Shown: one piece after another, positions 10,505-22,309 of the stretch
How positions within the stretch are numbered: position 1 is the stretch's first letter
Layout of the letters: every line of letters starts with the position of its first letter
The notes under the pieces: model-generated
The model's database searches: none
The model's input: the letters and a program-made list of their open reading frames with translations, nothing else
Told to the model about the DNA's origin: nothing
Position numbers and translations under genes: made by a program
Source of the DNA: Ophelia neglecta
Lineage: Eukaryota
Assembly (NCBI GenBank): GCA_965285935.1
Contig: OZ260666.1
Coordinates: forward strand, 806,001-870,000
Length of the DNA: 64,000 nucleotides
Direction of reading: 5' to 3'

Positions 10505-12540
10505 TGGAGTCAATGGACTTGGCGGTACTTACTTCACAGACCCCAGATTGGTGTCAATGGACCTCGCGGTACTTACTTCACGGACCCCAGATTGGTGGAC
10601 ATGGCGGTACTTACTTCAGAGACCCCAGATTGGTGGACATGGCGGTACTTACTTCAGAGACCCCAGATTGGTGGACATGGCGGTACTTACTTCAGAGACC
10701 CCAGATTGGTGTCAATGGACCTCGCGGTACTTACTTCACGGACCCCAGATTGGTGGACATGGCGGTACTTACTTCAGAGACCCCAGATTGGTGGACATGG
10801 CGGTACTTACTTCAGAGACCCCAGATTGGTGGACATGGCGGTACTTACTTCACAGACCCCAGATTGGTGGACATCGCGGTACTTACTTCACAGACCCCAG
10901 ATTGGTGGCCATGGCGGTACTTACTTCACAGACCCCAGATTGGTGGACATCGCGGTACTTACTTCAGAGACCCCAGTTTGGTGGACATCGCGGTACTTAC
11001 TTCACAGACCCCAGATTGGTGGACATCGCGGTACTTACTTCACAGACCCCAGATTGGTGGACATGGCGGTACTTACTTCAGAGACCCCAGATTGGTGGAC
11101 ATCGCGGTACTGACTTCACAGACCCCAGATTGGTGGACATCGCGGTACTTACTTCACAGACCCCAGATTGGTGGACATCGCGGTACTTACTTCACAGACC
11201 CCAGATTGGTGGACATGGCGGTACTTACTTCAGAGACCCCAGATTGGTGGACATCGCGGTACTTACTTCACAGACCCCAGATTGGTGGACATCGCGGTAC
11301 TTACTTCACAGACCCCAGATTGGTGGACATCGCGGTACTTACTTCAGAGACCCCAGATTGGTGGACATCGCGGTACTTACTTCAGAGACCCCAGATTGGT
11401 GGGCATCGCGGTACTTACTTCACAGACCCCAGATTGGTGGACATGGCGGTACTTACTTCAGAGACCCCAGATTGGTGGACATCGCGGTACTTACTTCAGA
11501 GACCCCAGATTGGTGGGCATCGCGGTACTTACTTCACAGACCCCAGATTGGTGGACATGGCGGTACTTACTTCAGAGACCCCAGATTGGTGGACATCGCG
11601 GTACTTACTTCAGAGACCCCAGATTGGTGGACATCGCGGTACTTACTTCACAGACCCCAGATTGGTGGACATCGCGGTACTTACTTCACAGACCCCAGAT
11701 TGGTGGACATCGCGGTACTTACTTCACAGACCCCAGATTGGTGGACATGACGGTACTTACTTCAGAGACCCCAGATTGGTGGACATCGCGGTACTTACTT
11801 CACAGACCCCAGATTGGTGGACATCGCAGTTCTTACTTCACAGACCCCAGATTGGGGGACATCGCGGTACTTACTTCAGAGACCCCAGATTGGTGGACAT
11901 CGCGGTACTTATTTCAGATACCCCAGATTGGAGGACATGGCGGTACTTACTTCAGAGACCCCAGATTGGTGGACATCGCGGTACTTACTTCACAGACCCC
12001 AGATTGGTGGACATCGCGGTACTTTCTTCAGAGACCCAGATTGGTGGACATCACGGTACTTACTTCAGAGACCCCAGATTGGTGGACATGGCGGTACTTA
12101 CTTCAGAGACCCCAGATTGGTGGACATCGCGGTACTTACTTCACAGACCCCAGATTGGTGGACATGGCAGTACTTACTTCAGAGACCCCAGATTGGTGGA
12201 CATCGCGGTACTTACTTCACAGACGCCAGATTGGTGGACATCGCGGTACTTACTTCAGAGACCCCAGATTGGTGGACATCGCGGTACTTACTTCACAGAC
12301 CCCAGATTGGTGGACATCGCGGTACTTACTTCAGAGACCCCAGATTGGTGGACATCGCGGTACTTACTTCACAGACCCCAGATTGGTGGACATGGCGGTA
12401 CTTACTTCACAGACCCCAGATTGGTGGACATCGCGGTACTTACTTCAGAGACCCCAGATTGGTGGACATCGCGGTACTTACTTCAGAGACCCCAGATTGG
12501 TGGACATCGCGGTACTTACTTCACAGACCCCAGATTGGTG
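10505..12540. repeat. 38-bp minisatellite (~53 copies) made of the LRR exon end plus its 5' splice site
   Basis: Unit gtggacatcgcggtacttacttcacagaccccagattg; the minus strand reads CAATCTGGGGTCTGTGAA|GTAAGTACCG. Confidence 0.95.
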
Positions 12541-12603
12541 TTAACCACGAGAGCGGTAAACAAGCTCTCCGCCCCGACATCAGTTATCTGGTTCCGTCCT
12601 AGG
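12520..12603 (-). CDS. NLR 84-bp RI-like LRR exon (LGRNQITDVGAESLFTALVVNTNLGSV)
   Basis: Classic 28-codon phase 2-2 NLR LRR exon with CAG / GTAAGT. Confidence 0.85.
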
Positions 12604-13094
12604 CTGTAAAAAACAATTCTTACATTATGTATATTTCACTTCGAAATTCAACATAACCAGAGAGATAATAAACAATCAGAGACTACAACATACAAGTCGT
12701 GACCAGATTTGCCCTAACAATTTAAAGCGTTTCATTCAACGCGGATTTGATCTAGCATTACTGCTTTAAAACTGTCATTAACGTGCAAGCAAAAATACAT
12801 TAAACCAGTATTACAATACTCTTTTACTCATACGCTACATATAATACTACTTCCTTTAGTTCACTATACCCAGCATACTAGATTGGAGCATTAAGTAGTA
12901 CGGAGGATATAGTAGAGTAGGGTAGCATAGACGATATTCTGTAAACCAGACTGCATTTTACCTATAAGTTGTTTATTGCATGTCAACATCAGAATTAAAA
13001 TGATGCTTGGATAAACATGAAAAACCAGGTTTGATATTACCTACGTGTTAACTGTAAATCTGCACATGAACAATTAACGTTAGTTGCAACCTAC

Positions 13095-13850
13095 ATGAGG
13101 TGTGTAATGGCCTTAGAGTGCGACACGTAAGCCCCCAGAGCTCGACAGTCCTCTTCTGTTAAGGAGGTATCGGAGAGGTCCAGCATTCCATCTCGCCCGG
13201 TCACATGACGGTCTAACAGAGGTACCAGTCGTGGCTGGTTCTCAGAGGTTATCCCTCTCATCAACTGCACCGCGGTGTACAACTCAATGCCTTGTACACA
13301 TTGAGTAGTCAATACGTAAGTCAGTAACCCTGCAACGTCATCCCTGTGCAACTGGAGGCCTTGAACGTTTAAAATGCCAGACTTGAGAACGACTGCGTCT
13401 AGAATAGGTAGCAGAGTGGCCTGGTTCTCGGGGGTTATCCCTCTCATCAACTGTACGGCAGTGTGGTCTGCTATTGTTAGTAGACTATGTCTGCTCAGGA
13501 CATAAGTCACTAACCCGGTTACGTCATCAGTGGACAACTGTAGTTCATGAACGTCGAGTACATGACCGAATCGTAGAATAGCTCTCTCAATAAGAGGTAT
13601 CAACTGGTCCTGGTTTTCAGGAGTTATCCCTCTAAGCAACTGTACCGCGGTGTACTTCCCTATGGTCGCCAAATTATTACTTCTCAGGACGTAAGTCACT
13701 AAACCGGATAAGTCATCCCTGGACAACTCTAGGTTGTGAAGGTTTAAATGACCCGACTGAAGAACAGCAGTGTCAAGAATAGGTACTAGTCTGGCCCCGT
13801 TGTCGGAGGTTATCAATTTCATCAACCCGAAGCTGTCAGATAGGTCAAGG
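13095..13850 (-). CDS. NLR exon of ~60-aa leucine-rich tandem repeats
   Basis: 756 nt, phase 2-2; repeated GLVTYVL...TAVQL(L/M)RGITPENQ..L.P.LD; ends LDLSDTSLTEEDCRALGAYV (RI-like LRR). Confidence 0.75.
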
Positions 13851-13957
13851 CTGAAAGAAGAGTGAATCTGTTAAAGTGCAGTTGATTACAGCATAAACTA
13901 AAATCACAATTATTATGATTATAGTCATGCTTTCTTTCTTTATCATTTGGTAATCAA

Positions 13958-14361
13958 ATAGGGCCAGTCGGATATGTTTCATACTGCTGACCAACAACCA
14001 CTTTTCTTACCTCCAAAGCTGATTGCAATTAAAAGGCAGTGCTAAGGCTGGGATAAGTGGGGCTACTTTCAGCTGCTCATATGGGAATTTAACATGGGAA
14101 TGATGCTTTAAAAGCCCTTACTTAGTGCTTGTTGAAGTAATCAAAACAAAACTTTCAGGGATGATTAACATTTTAGAGGGCTTTCCATTCAGGTAAATTT
14201 CACATTTGTGTGATAGCTACAGGTTTCGCAATGAACATGGAACCGCTGCAAATCTGTAGTCTAGCCCCACATTCAAGTGCAGACTATTGGTATGCAGTGC
14301 TGTCACCTCCTTGCTAGCAGGCTGAACTAGAATTATTACATCATCCCCGACTGACCCTATT
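13958..14361. mobile_element. ~400-bp MITE in an NLR intron; its right half recurs at 21465-21651
   Basis: Terminal inverted repeats aatagggccagtcggatatg / catccccgactgaccctatt; ~185 bp near-identical second copy. Confidence 0.65.
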
Positions 14362-14723
14362 GGATGGTAGATAGGTTGGGGAGAACATCAGTTTCAGATA
14401 GGGATGATTAAATCTAACCGTAAACGCACACTTCCTACTGGTTTGTGTATTCTGAGATATACAAGTCTTAGCTAGAGATTTTAGTACAGAATAATATCGA
14501 CTTTCTACGTTGGTATGGTTGTTATCTGTTTACGAACTAATATGCAACTTAAGTTGTATTCTACGATATATCACAGTCTAAGAGAAGCAACTCGAATGCC
14601 CGTCGATTGTCCTTCATGCCTTATAAGGCGATAGGTTTGGAACACCCAGACAGTAACTCTCACGTGGGAAAGGCCAACTACGCAATGTTTATAAGATTAA
14701 GGTATGTAAAGCAGTATACTTAC

Positions 14724-15952
14724 CTCAGAGATTGTACCCTCTCCGACCACTGAATAAAGAAAGCCACAGATGGCCAATGCTCCGGGAGGAGCCCGACAGG
14801 CATATCACTGAGGTCCAATGTCCCGGATGTCAGCACCAAACTCTCGATCCTTTTTACCATGTCTTTGTGGTTCCCTTCTGCAGCACGTCTAAGTAGCTGA
14901 AGTCGCCCCAGGTTACGGCTGTCTTTACCTTTTCTGGTGAGTGGTGGAAGCAGCCGAAATCGCCTTTCATATTCCACAACCAAGCTATCAAAAAACTTGA
15001 GTCTTTGGTCGAGAGTTTCCGATTTAAGCTTTTGAGTAACTGATTGAATAGGCGATCTTCCTAAGGGGTTCCCTAGAAGGCCTGATAGGAATAGAAGGAC
15101 CATGTTGAACTTGTGCGATGATGTACGACTTATGATCATTTTGATGTGGACATCATTCCACGTGATTGCAATGTGCAAAGCGGTTAAAAACTCCTGAAAA
15201 CTAAAATGTAAAAAGGCACAAGTCGTGTTGGCCAGCTCTCTGGAGATATTTGTGTTGTCCGCTGAAAATTCCAAAAGACCACAGGGGAGGTCTTTCTTTT
15301 CGATGGGCTTGACTGCTGAATATCAACGGAGGCGAATTCCGGAGCATACCCCAGGCTGCAAGTTCCATTATTTTAAATAATGTATTGCACCATTCGTAGA
15401 CTTCTCCAAACCTGTCCTTTATCCTTGTCGTTTGGTGCCCACGTCTTTTAAGCAAAACCAAAAGAACATAAATATAAAGTACTGTTACACAGTTGATAGA
15501 TTCGTGTTCCGCTTTCTCCTCGGGGTTTTGGCTCAGTTTATCCAATACGACATGACCTGTTATGAAACACCCAAGTAGTAGTGTTCAGAACAAATACAAC
15601 TGGGGCCAGTGGTGTAGATGCTCTAACACTGCCTTCTGGTCCCCTGCATTACCCTCTGCTACGGCGAGAATGCAATATTCGATGGATTTTCTGCCGAACC
15701 CGAATATTCTGACCGTCTTTTGGAATAAATTCGTATCTATTTGATCGACCGGCCTAGATGTAAACAAAACAAAACTCTCATCAGTTGACCAATCATTAAG
15801 CTGTGAATGAGTTCCAGAATCAACGCAGGTGCTTCCAGAAAATTCTAACCAGCCGGACAACTCATCAACTCCGTCAATGACAATCATAATACGCTGCTGG
15901 TTGGATAAAATTTCTTGCCTTGAACTTTCCCAGTCTGAGGTTTTCGGAACAT
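14724..15952 (-). pseudogene. NACHT exon, 3' part (Walker B, sensor 1, winged helix, HD2) with a nonsense codon and a frameshift
   Basis: ORFs 15585-15887 and 15201-15545 share a frame and are separated by TGA; ORF 14720-15274 is in another frame, with the shift near 15305 (..IEKKDLPCGLLEF). Confidence 0.8.
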
Positions 15953-16355
15953 TTTTTTATTTTTATTTTTTATTATTTCAAGCAAAAAGTATATACAAAT
16001 ATTATGCGCCCAATCATCACAACAGTTACTTCACATCACACACCATTTACATCTCCGTTTATCATTTGCGCGCAAGCTTACATATCCACTTCATTTACCA
16101 ATCCATGCATCTTATGCGGACACACTACAAATATTTACCTCTCAGTACATCTTATTCGGACACACTATTGCAGGCACATCTCATAATACAATTGTACAGT
16201 CATGCTTGCTTTTACACCTCGCACATATAAACCAGTTAATCGGACGTAAATGTTCCAATAGATAGATTTACAATCAAATATGACTGTGACAGATTTCACA
16301 GTGACTTATACAGATCACCCCAGATTTGCTCAAAATATATTCTTTTTTGTTTATT
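15953..16355 (-). mobile_element. Retro-insertion (5'-truncated LINE/SINE 3' end) in the NACHT exon with a 12-bp target-site duplication
   Basis: ttttcggaacat at both 15941-15952 and 16356-16367; A-rich tail on the minus strand (T-rich 15953-15978); removing it restores KHVPK-TSDWE. Confidence 0.75.
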
Positions 16356-17791
16356 TTTTCGGAACATGCTTCAGGAGCAGATCACGTATACTTATTTTTG
16401 TCTTCATTTCCACCATTCTATTAAGATGCCGGCAAGTTAGGGTAAACACGTAACTAAACTTTGTCCACAGTGTGCCAAGACCCCATTGTTCGCAGGAATG
16501 TTGGACCAAGGTAGATTTCCCTGAGCCGGCAGCCCCGAGAATCACCACTCTACGAGGCTCCTTTCCCTTTCCATCAGGTTCAAACAGGCTTGGCATGTCT
16601 ACGTACTGTGTGTGCTTTTCTTCGAAGCATATTTGCTTATTTGTTAGTAGATTTTAATATAGCTATATTATTATGTATAAGCTTACATATCCACTACATT
16701 TTACATCTTATTCGGACACACTATTGCAGGCACATCTCATAATACAATTGTACAGTCATGCTTGCTTTTACACCTCGCACATATAAACCAGTTAATCGGA
16801 CGTAAATGTTCCAATAGATAGATTTACAATCAAATATGACTGTGACAGATTTCACAGTGACTTATACAGATCACCCCAGATTTGCTCAAAATATATTTCT
16901 TTTCTGTTTATTTTTTCGGAACATGCTTCAGGAGCAGATCACGTATACTTATTTCTGTCTTCATTTCCACCATTCTATTAAGATGCCGGCAAGTTAGGGT
17001 AAACACGTAACTAAACTTTGTCCACAGTGTGCCAAGACCCCATTGTTCGCAGGAATGTTGGACCAAGGTAGATTTCCCTGAGCCGGCAGCCCCGAGAATC
17101 ACCACTCTACGAGGCTCCTTTCCCTTTCCATCAGGTTCAAACAGGCTTGGCATGTCTACGTACTGTGTGTGCTTTTCTTCGAAGCATATTTGCTTATTTG
17201 TTAGTAGATTTTAATATAGCTATATTATTATGTATAAGCTTACATATCCACTACATTTTACATCTTATTCGGACACACTATTGCAGGCACATCTCATAAT
17301 ACAATTGTACAGTCATGCTTGCTTTTACACCTCGCACATATAAACCAGTTAATCGGACGTAAATGTTCCAATAGATAGATTTACAATCAAATATGACTGT
17401 GACAGATTTCACAGTGACTTATACAGATCACCCCAGATTTGCTCAAAATATATTTCTTTTCTGTTTATTTTTTCGGAACATGCTTCAGGAGCAGATCACG
17501 TATACTTATTTCTGTCTTCATTTCCACCATTCTATTAAGATGCCGGCAAGTTAGGGTAAACACGTAACTAAACTTTGTCCACAGTGTGCCAAGACCCCAT
17601 TGTTCGCAGGAATGTTGGACCAAGGTAGATTTCCCTGAGCCGGCAGCCCCGAGAATCACCACTCTACGAGGCTCCTTTCCCTTTCCATCAGGTTCAAACA
17701 GGCTTGGCATGTCTACGTACTGTGTGTGCTTTTCTTCGAAGCATATTTGCTTATTTGTTAGTAGATTTTAATATAGCTATATTATTATGTA
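16122..17791. repeat. 557-bp tandem triplication containing the NACHT P-loop fragment
   Basis: Near-identical ORFs at 16351, 16908 and 17465 (RRVVILGAAGSGKST), period 557. Confidence 0.95.
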
Positions 17792-17955
17792 TGTAATGTT
17801 GCGTTTGGTCTTATTATGTTTGTTTTGCACCCCTGCACCAAGGGGCGTCCAGCAATAACAGCCTAGCGGCTACAGCTAGCGTCCCGGGGGAGTCCGAACC
17901 AGGGAAAAAAATACTATGTATATAAAATTACCCCGAATAAAAAGATTCATTCATT
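17768..17955 (+). mobile_element. Short LINE-like 3' end with AATAAA and (ATTC)n tail, inserted antisense in the NACHT exon
   Basis: gaataaaaagattcattcattc tail; removing it joins EVTQGLN to LLTNKQICFEE in frame. Confidence 0.55.
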
Positions 17956-18417
17956 CAAGCCCTGTGTGACCTCGTCCTGTCCGTGGACCAGAACGCTCCA
18001 GGGCACTATCAATAGTCCGATGAAAAACACGGCGCTACCAATATTTAGCCCAAAGTCAAGTTGTATTTCGCGGTTTGAGTCCCGGGAAACACACTTCTGG
18101 AATTGCCTCAGCACTGCCTGATAGATTACATGAATAGGTTTTCCTATCCTATAGAAAGGTGAACAATTTTGATAATTAATAACTCTAATGCCAAGTAATT
18201 AAGTACTGAGACGGCTAACATTACGTAATTATTAGATGTCGTAGAAGAATGTGACCTGACACTACAGCCCTGGGAGGAAAAGAAAAACGCGTTACCAATA
18301 AGTAACTGTCTACTGGTACTTAGTAATGGTCCTGTGGTATGATTTAAAACATTATGTTATGGTCTCTCAATTCAAAGAAAAACCAAATTACGCGATTTTT
18401 TAAAGTTTTGTTGATAC

Positions 18418-18690
18418 CTTGCCGTACACATGCGCCCGCTCCACCGTATTTCGGCAGTGTATCGAACGTCGAGAGAGGCCTACACATCAAAATGTCCAAT
18501 AGCAATTCGGCTCGTTCACGTGGTGTAGTTTTGCGTTCAATCTCTTCCCTCTGGGACTCAGTGATAACACTTGCCGCCTCTAGGTTATGAAGGTTGTAAA
18601 GCCCACCAGTCTCCCTCAGATCATCTACATATTTAGCTACATGTGGTCGCTTAGCTCTTCGGGTGTACTTTGAGAGAACGTTAAACTTGC
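18418..18690 (-). CDS. NLR CARD-like exon 3 (not in ORF track)
   Basis: 273 nt, CAG / GTATCA, phase 1-1; translated by hand: LHNLEAASVITESQREEIERKTTPRERAELLLDILMCRP. Confidence 0.65.
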
Positions 18691-18846
18691 CTGTGGAAAC
18701 AAGAAGCCAATTATGGAAATGGTGAAACTAGAGTTAATGATTTATCAAAAAAATAATTTGTATCGTTGGATTGTATGATGATGGAAAATAAAAGAATGAT
18801 TTATGTTTCTTAACCACATTAAAAGAAGGCTGTGTGCATGCTGTAC

Positions 18847-19137
18847 CTTCTTTTAGGATGAGATCGGCCAAGTGACCCTGGTCTGTCTGTGTTAGCACAT
18901 TAGCAAATTTCTCTATCTTTTCATCGTTTGCACTTCTTTTAATATAAGCCAGGAGTGCCTCGGCCCTCTTTATACGATTGGGTACAGCCTTTAAATCATG
19001 CATCTGAGTTTCTGTTATTACTTCACTCGAGCAAAGATGTAATAAAAATGATCCTTCAAAGCGGATATTGTGGATCAGAATGGCTTCGTGGGATTTCACC
19101 TTTCCCAACCATTTGGACTGCACTTTAGCAATAGCAC
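18847..19137 (-). CDS. NLR CARD-like exon 2
   Basis: 291 nt, phase 1-1; FLLHLCSSEVITETQMHDL...RIKRAEALLAYI...FANVLTQTDQGHLADLI. Confidence 0.75.
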
Positions 19138-20239
19138 CTGCAATACATATGTAAAAGTAATAATACTCCATTAACATGTTAGCTGTGCGAAGACTTAACC
19201 TGACAGTCGCACTCTCCACCCTGGAGTCGAGTGGCTACTTGGACGAATGAATAAGGTTCTTTGGCCCCAAGGCGACTATCCTTGTATGCCCGCCATGAGT
19301 TAGATGGTTCTATATGCCAGGGGGGGGGGGGGGGAGGATAGGTACCGTCGTGTGAACAGGCCTAGCCTGGAACAAGACGTAGTACCATGCCTGTTTTCTG
19401 TACAATATGAAAACATATTCACTGGCGCAAACATCCAAAGTGAAGGCATGTTATGGGTATAACACAAAAAGTATATAAATAAGAAAAGTAGTCTAATCAA
19501 TAAACTTGTTAGCCCTGATTCCCAACCCTCTGGCTAATATACCCCGAACTAGATGGATTTGATCCTTCCATGTAAGGGAAGAATATCTCATCACTCCCGA
19601 GATATTTGGTGGAGTTTAAACTTTTGATGTGTTGACTTATAATATATGCTTGGTTAGTGGTTAACAATTTTCTATTGTTTAAATAAATCCCAAATTGTAT
19701 TTTGTCTATATAAAGCGAAAAATTGCTAATTTGAAGCCAATCCACGGCTTTCACAATCTCCTCATTCCGCGTTTATTATAAGCTGTGTTCGTTCCATTGA
19801 TAATGCATTAGATCATCTGCTAAAAGCAGGTCAAGTGGTAACATGGTTAAGTGTGAAGTATGAAAAGAAAATGCAAATATCTGAATCCCCGTCATTAAAG
19901 GCATTGGATATTCTGTCAACAAGAAATATAAAAGCAAGATCGGTGTATCTATTTCCCGAAATCCATTTGGAGTAATCTTATGTTGTATTTCTAAATAAAT
20001 ACAATATTTATTTGTACATATTTTTTTCCATGAAAAAGGAGGTAGTACTGACACAAAGCGATAGTTGTTGGAATGCATAGAGTCCCCGCTCTTTAATAAG
20101 GGAAAAGACTAAGATTTTATGTTCTTGGGAAAAAACAAGTTAAATCATAATCTATCTTTTCGTTTTTCAAATTTCTATTTGTTTTATGATCAAAAGTCAT
20201 TTAAATCTGAATTAGAGGAAGAGAATGTAAATTATTTAC

Positions 20240-20539
20240 CTTGACCCATGGGTGCCCGATCCCTTATGACACTCAGCACTTCAAACTGTTTGGAGACTTC
20301 TAAAACCTCCTGAAAGCCGATGAAGTGTAAACGAGACCCTCTCATGATGACATCAAGTAAAGCCCCTGCTTGTCCAGCTGGAGTGGAGTCCGCTTGTATT
20401 TCTTCTTTCTGCTGTGAAGTTATTACACCGAGTTGTGACAGTGGCTGGAGAATCTGGTCAGTTTCCAGGTTTTTTGTGAGGTAGTCGAGGTTTGACCTAA
20501 GATGGCGTCTTGTATAATCATCGAGATGATCGCTATCCA
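20240..20539 (-). CDS. NLR CARD-like exon 1
   Basis: 300 nt, phase 1-1; LRSNLDYLTKNLETDQILQPLSQLGVITSQQKEEI...QAGALLDVIMRG is a CARD pattern. Confidence 0.75.
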
Positions 20540-22309
20540 CTAAAAGCAAACAAACAACCAGGTGTTTCACTTAAACCCGTATATGGTTAAATGATTGGTG
20601 TTGCAGCCCTGATTAAATATCAGTACACTTTACACACGAACATTTGCTGACAGTGATACCACCTGGTGTGGAGAATTTTCCTAGTGCGACCTTTAGTGAT
20701 CAGTTAAGTTTGCTCTCAGTATGGAAAGTCATGTTATAAATCATTCATAATTATAATAATAAAGGCTTCCACCAATAGCTAAATCTATCAAGGCTGTCCG
20801 AAATGTAAATGATTGGCATATGGCCGGGAATATCTATAAAGAAGCTGTTATAATGACCAAACCAAATATGTACGATGGCTGCCGTTTATTGGTTGACCAA
20901 CGCTTTGGTACTAGCTAAGTGAATCCAGAGCTTATAAATATGAATTTCAAATACTGTCCTTTACACAACCATCTGGATGGTACTGCATTGAAATCCACAC
21001 GTACGCTTTCACAATGTCACTAGACCCGTTCAACTGACCATTTGGAAGCATACTGTCCTTTTCTGGCTACTTCCCCATCTAGGTTAGCGGACCGTCCACA
21101 CACACAAACTAATAACTGATATCGTCAAAGCGGCGGCTTCCGGAAAAAGGCCGGTAAATTGGCCACAGTTCGATAAAACCTTCAGTATTGTCGGTCAAAT
21201 TGTCCGGCAGTAATATTAATAAGATTTCCGAGAAATGAATGAGATAGCTGCAACAACACTATCTGCCAGTTGTCTGCATCGCCCAACCGTAAACCAATGT
21301 ACCGGAGGTCATATCTAGTATCAGTTCCATCAGGTGTAAAGTGTCCCAGTAGTTCCATTTGTGACCAGATGTACAACAAACTACCATGAAAATGTCAAAA
21401 AATCAAATGCGTCTTGTTGGCGATAACACAGGTCCGATGGAGACCAGACATTAAGTAGGCCTAAAGAGGGCTTTCCATTCAGGTAAATTTCACATTTGTG
21501 TGATAGCTACAGGTTTCGCAATGAACATGGAACCGCTGCAAATCTGTAGTCTAGCCCCACATTCAAGTGCAGAATATTGGTATGCAGTGCTGTCATCTCC
21601 TTGCTAGCAGGCTGAACTAGAATTATTGTATCATCCCCGACTGACCCTATTAATGATTAATAAACTGCTGACTTGCATATGGCATGCAAAGTAGGCTTAA
21701 GGGGATAAAAAATCCTTCTTGTCCCCTGGCTTAAGGTAACATTCAGTCATTTGGTTAATATTTGGATAGTTCATTTAAAGACTAGTATTTCTACAAGAAA
21801 CCACCACCAGCCCTGCCTCTTGAGTATATATGCTATGGTTGGTGCCCCCTGGAGATACCAGTGGAAACCTGTTTGATGACAAGTAGAAATCTTTCATTCA
21901 TCCATTTTTTTTTCCAAACTATTCACACAGATAATTATTTTTCTAAATTATAAAATCCTAAATAATATATGGTTTAGTTTTTAAATAAATTCTTTTTAAA
22001 GTTTCCTGCTGCAATAATACCTAGACTTAGGTCAATTTTCAGTTAGCACATGGGGCTTAGAAAAAATTGACACAAAAGTGTAACTATAAAACTATCATCT
22101 GAAATAGACAAATACAGTTTGATTGATTAAAATGGGGTGTATGGTTAAATGTCTCCATGTCTGGTAAAAGTATATATTACAGGACAAACTGTGAATGATT
22201 CTTGTTTTTGGCTATTTCTGCCATGATCACCTGTTCAAAAGGGGAATACGCCTAATGCTAACAAGATGTAAGCGTCAACATTGCAGTGCTGGCTGTTATA
22301 GACCCGACC

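Larger units (their letters stand above)
9718..20539 (-). pseudogene. NLR (CARD-CARD-CARD-NACHT-atypical repeats-LRR), probably pseudogenised
   Basis: Exons with canonical splice sites: 20240-20539, 18847-19137 and 18418-18690 (CARD-like); 14724-18117 (interrupted NACHT: GAAGSGKST, IVIDGVDEL, FTSRP, FLHFSFQEFLTA); 13095-13850; 12520-12603; 10186-10266; 9718-9796 (TAG stop). Lesions: in-frame TGA at 15585-15587, frameshift near 15305, and two insertions. The start codon and the CARD3-NACHT splice phase are unresolved. Confidence 0.8.

Noticed and set aside
10475-12609. Long plus-strand ORFs (up to 701 aa) of 38-aa repeats
   Set aside because: A stop-free 38-bp unit is open in all three plus-strand frames; it is the antisense of an intronic splice-site minisatellite.
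16351-17710. Three separate small NTPase genes or mutually exclusive P-loop exons
   Set aside because: The fragments lack splice sites at their ends; they are pieces of one exon cut by insertions and then triplicated.
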